Shown: piece after piece, positions 61,556 to 64,000 of the stretch
Numbering within the stretch: the stretch's first letter is position 1
Layout: each line of letters opens with the position of its first letter
Origin: Carcharhinus amblyrhynchos
Taxonomy: Eukaryota
Direction: 5' to 3'
Length of the DNA: 64,000 nucleotides
NCBI GenBank assembly: GCA_965287045.1
Contig: OZ336873.1
Coordinates: 75,392,001-75,456,000 of the forward strand
Notes under the pieces: model-generated
Databases searched by the model: none
What the model saw: only the letters and a program-made list of their open reading frames with translations
What the model was told of the DNA's origin: nothing
Program-made: the position numbers and the translations under genes

Positions 61556-64000
61556 TGAATTTGAATTCAATAAAAAAATCTGGAATTAAAAGTCTAATGA
61601 CAACCATGAAACTACTGTTGATTGTTGTAAAAATCCATCTGGTTCACGAATGTCCTTTAGGGAAGGTAATCAACTATCCTTACCTTGTCTGGCCTACATG
61701 TGACTCCAGACCTATAACAATGTGGTTGACTCTTAAATGTGTGAATTGGCCCAGCAAACCACTCAGTTGTGCCAAACCGCTTAAAGGACTAAAAGGAATG
61801 AAACAAGACGGACCATCAATGAAGACAATGGCAAATTCAGCCCTGTCAACTCTGCAAAGTCCTCCTTACAAACATCTGGGAGTGAAAAAATTGGGACAGC
61901 TGTCCAACATAATAGTCAAGGAACAGCCTGACATATACTCACAAATCATACCTCACAGACAACATCCCTGGGTATGTCCTGTCCCACCAGCGAGACAAAC
62001 ACATCAGAGATGGCTGGTGGCACAGCTGGGAGGGAATCTTCAACTTCAACTCTGGGCCCATGAAGTCTCATAGCACCAGGACAAACATGCGCAGGGAAAC
62101 CTCCTGCTAATTACCTGCTAATTCCTGCACCGTCCCCTCTCAGCTGGTGAATCAGTTATCCTCCATGTTGAAACACCACTTGGATGAAACATTGAGGCCG
62201 GCAAGGATGCTAAATGCATTTTGGATGGGAGACTTCAAGGCCCATTACCAAGAATGGCTCAGTCACATTGCTACCGATTGAGCTTGCCGAGTCCTAAAGG
62301 ACACAACTGCTATAGTGGGTCTGCAGCAGGTGATGAGTGAACCAACAAGAGGAAAAAACATATTTGATCTCACCTCACCAATCTGCCTGCTATAAACACG
62401 TCTGTCCATGACATACAGACCTCGTGGAGTCAAAGTCCCCATCTTCACATTGAAGGTACCTTCCATCGTGTTGTGTGGCACTAACAAGTGGGACAGATTT
62501 CCAACAGCAATCAACTATGCATGAGATGCTATGGACCATCCGCAGCAGCAGAATTGTACTCAACCACAATCTGTAACCTTAAAGCGCCAGTAACAGCAAA
62601 GGCTAGTAGGAATAGAGCATCAGACACAGTATGATCAAATGGAAAAACTCAACAAGTGACATCCTGAAAATATGAAGTAGCACGGGTAAGGTAGAGAAAG
62701 TATTCTGTTTATTGGTTTGTGTTAGTTTTTTCAGTTAATGTTTTTACAGGTTACTTTTTCTAGTTTCGTGGTTGGAGTTTGTGCTTTGGTATTGGCTAAA
62801 TAATTAAACAGTCTTTAAAGCTAAAATAAAACTATAATATATTTTTTCTACAAGTAAGTCCAGAATAAGGTATAGCAGAGAGGTATTGTGTCTTGGCTAC
62901 AGTATGTGAGTGTTTTACACCTGTATTAGATGTCTCCATCTCCAAACTCAGCATCTCAGAATCTTTGAGTTGAATTGCAAGTGGGGTAAAGTTATATTCC
63001 CCACTTTACCACTGCCAACAAGATCATTGCAGATTCAATGAAGAGTACAGGAGAGCATGTTAGGAACAGCTTCAGGCATATCTAAAAGTGAGGTGTTAAC
63101 CTGGTGAAGTTATAACACAGGACTCCTTACGTGCTAAACAACATAAGCAGCGATAGTCATAGAAAGAGCTGTGGGATTTCACAACGAACAGATCAGATCT
63201 AAGCTCTGCAGTTCTTCCACATTCGTGGATGGTAGTGGACAATTAAAAAACTCACTGGAGGAGGAGGCTCCGCAAATATCCCCATCCTCACTGACAGGGA
63301 GCCCAACACGTCAGTGACAAAAGATAACACTATACACTTACTACAATCTTCAGCCAGAATTGACAAATGCATGATTTATTGCAGTCACCTCTGGAGGATC
63401 CCAGCAGTACAGATGCCAGCCTTTAGCCAATTCAATTCGCTCTATGCAATACCAAGAAATGGCTGACGGCACTCGATACTGCAAAGGTTATATGGCCTGA
63501 CAATGTCCTGGTAATAATACTGAAGATTTGTGCTCCAGAACTTGCCACAACCCTAACTCAAGCTGTTACCGTACAGCTACAACTCTGGCATCTACCCAGC
63601 AATGTGTTAAATTGCCCTGTTATGTCCTGTACACAGAAATCAGGACAAATCCAACCTGGCTAATTACTGCCATATCAGTCTACTCTTGTGCTATCAAGAG
63701 GCACTTGCTTTGCAACAACCTGCTCACTGATGCTCTGGGTTCAATCAGGGCCACTCAGCTCTTAACCTCATTATAGCTTCAGTGCAAACATGAACAAAAG
63801 AGCTGAATTCTAGGGGTGAGGGAAGAGTGACTACCCTTAATATCAAGGCTATTTAACCAAAAGTGACATCAGGGAACCTTCGCAAAACTGGTGGCAGTGG
63901 GAATCAGGGGAAATGGTCCCCACTGGTTGGAGTCACACCTGGCACAAAGGGATATGGTTTTGGTTGTTAGAGGTCAGTCATCTCAGTTCCAGGACATCAC
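61556..64000 (+). mobile_element. 5' portion of the second LINE family: SINE-like 5' region, APE, and RT N-terminus running off the window. Interrupted at about 62585-62995 by a CR1 5'UTR/ORF1-like piece
   Basis: Encodes KLGQLSNIIVKEQPDI (APE start), WMGDFK, PTRGKNIFDL and LKICAPELATTL. The end (gagctgaattctaggggtgagggaagagtgac) overlaps the start of 29738-30932. Confidence 0.8.

Overview
Vertebrate intronic DNA, most likely from a cartilaginous fish. This is inferred from the repeat repertoire: dense CR1 LINEs, HE1/V-SINE-like and SacSINE1/DeuSINE-like SINEs, and Penelope pieces. The only host coding sequence I could support is two small minus-strand exons (47351-47424 and 46575-46646). They splice in frame to [49 protein letters not shown], the PH domain of a CNKSR2-type scaffold, so the rest of the window is probably intron of that gene. 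Other contents are an RPL27A processed pseudogene, about 16 CR1 fragments (one young copy with a ~600-codon open RT frame), a decayed Gypsy element with both LTRs, a second LINE family with a matching SINE, Harbinger-derived Myb/SANT remnants and MITE-like elements. The most striking structure is a set of Penelope-derived fold-back insertions carrying minimal hammerhead-ribozyme cores. They include a 1.1-kb inverted GIY-YIG element with a 12-bp TSD, a 200-bp element that is a perfect 80-bp hairpin with the hammerhead core at its apex, and a second family whose core has a U3-A8 covariant. Most short ORFs in the supplied track are repeat fragments or noise. Coordinates of decayed repeats are approximate and were read by eye; no database search was run.
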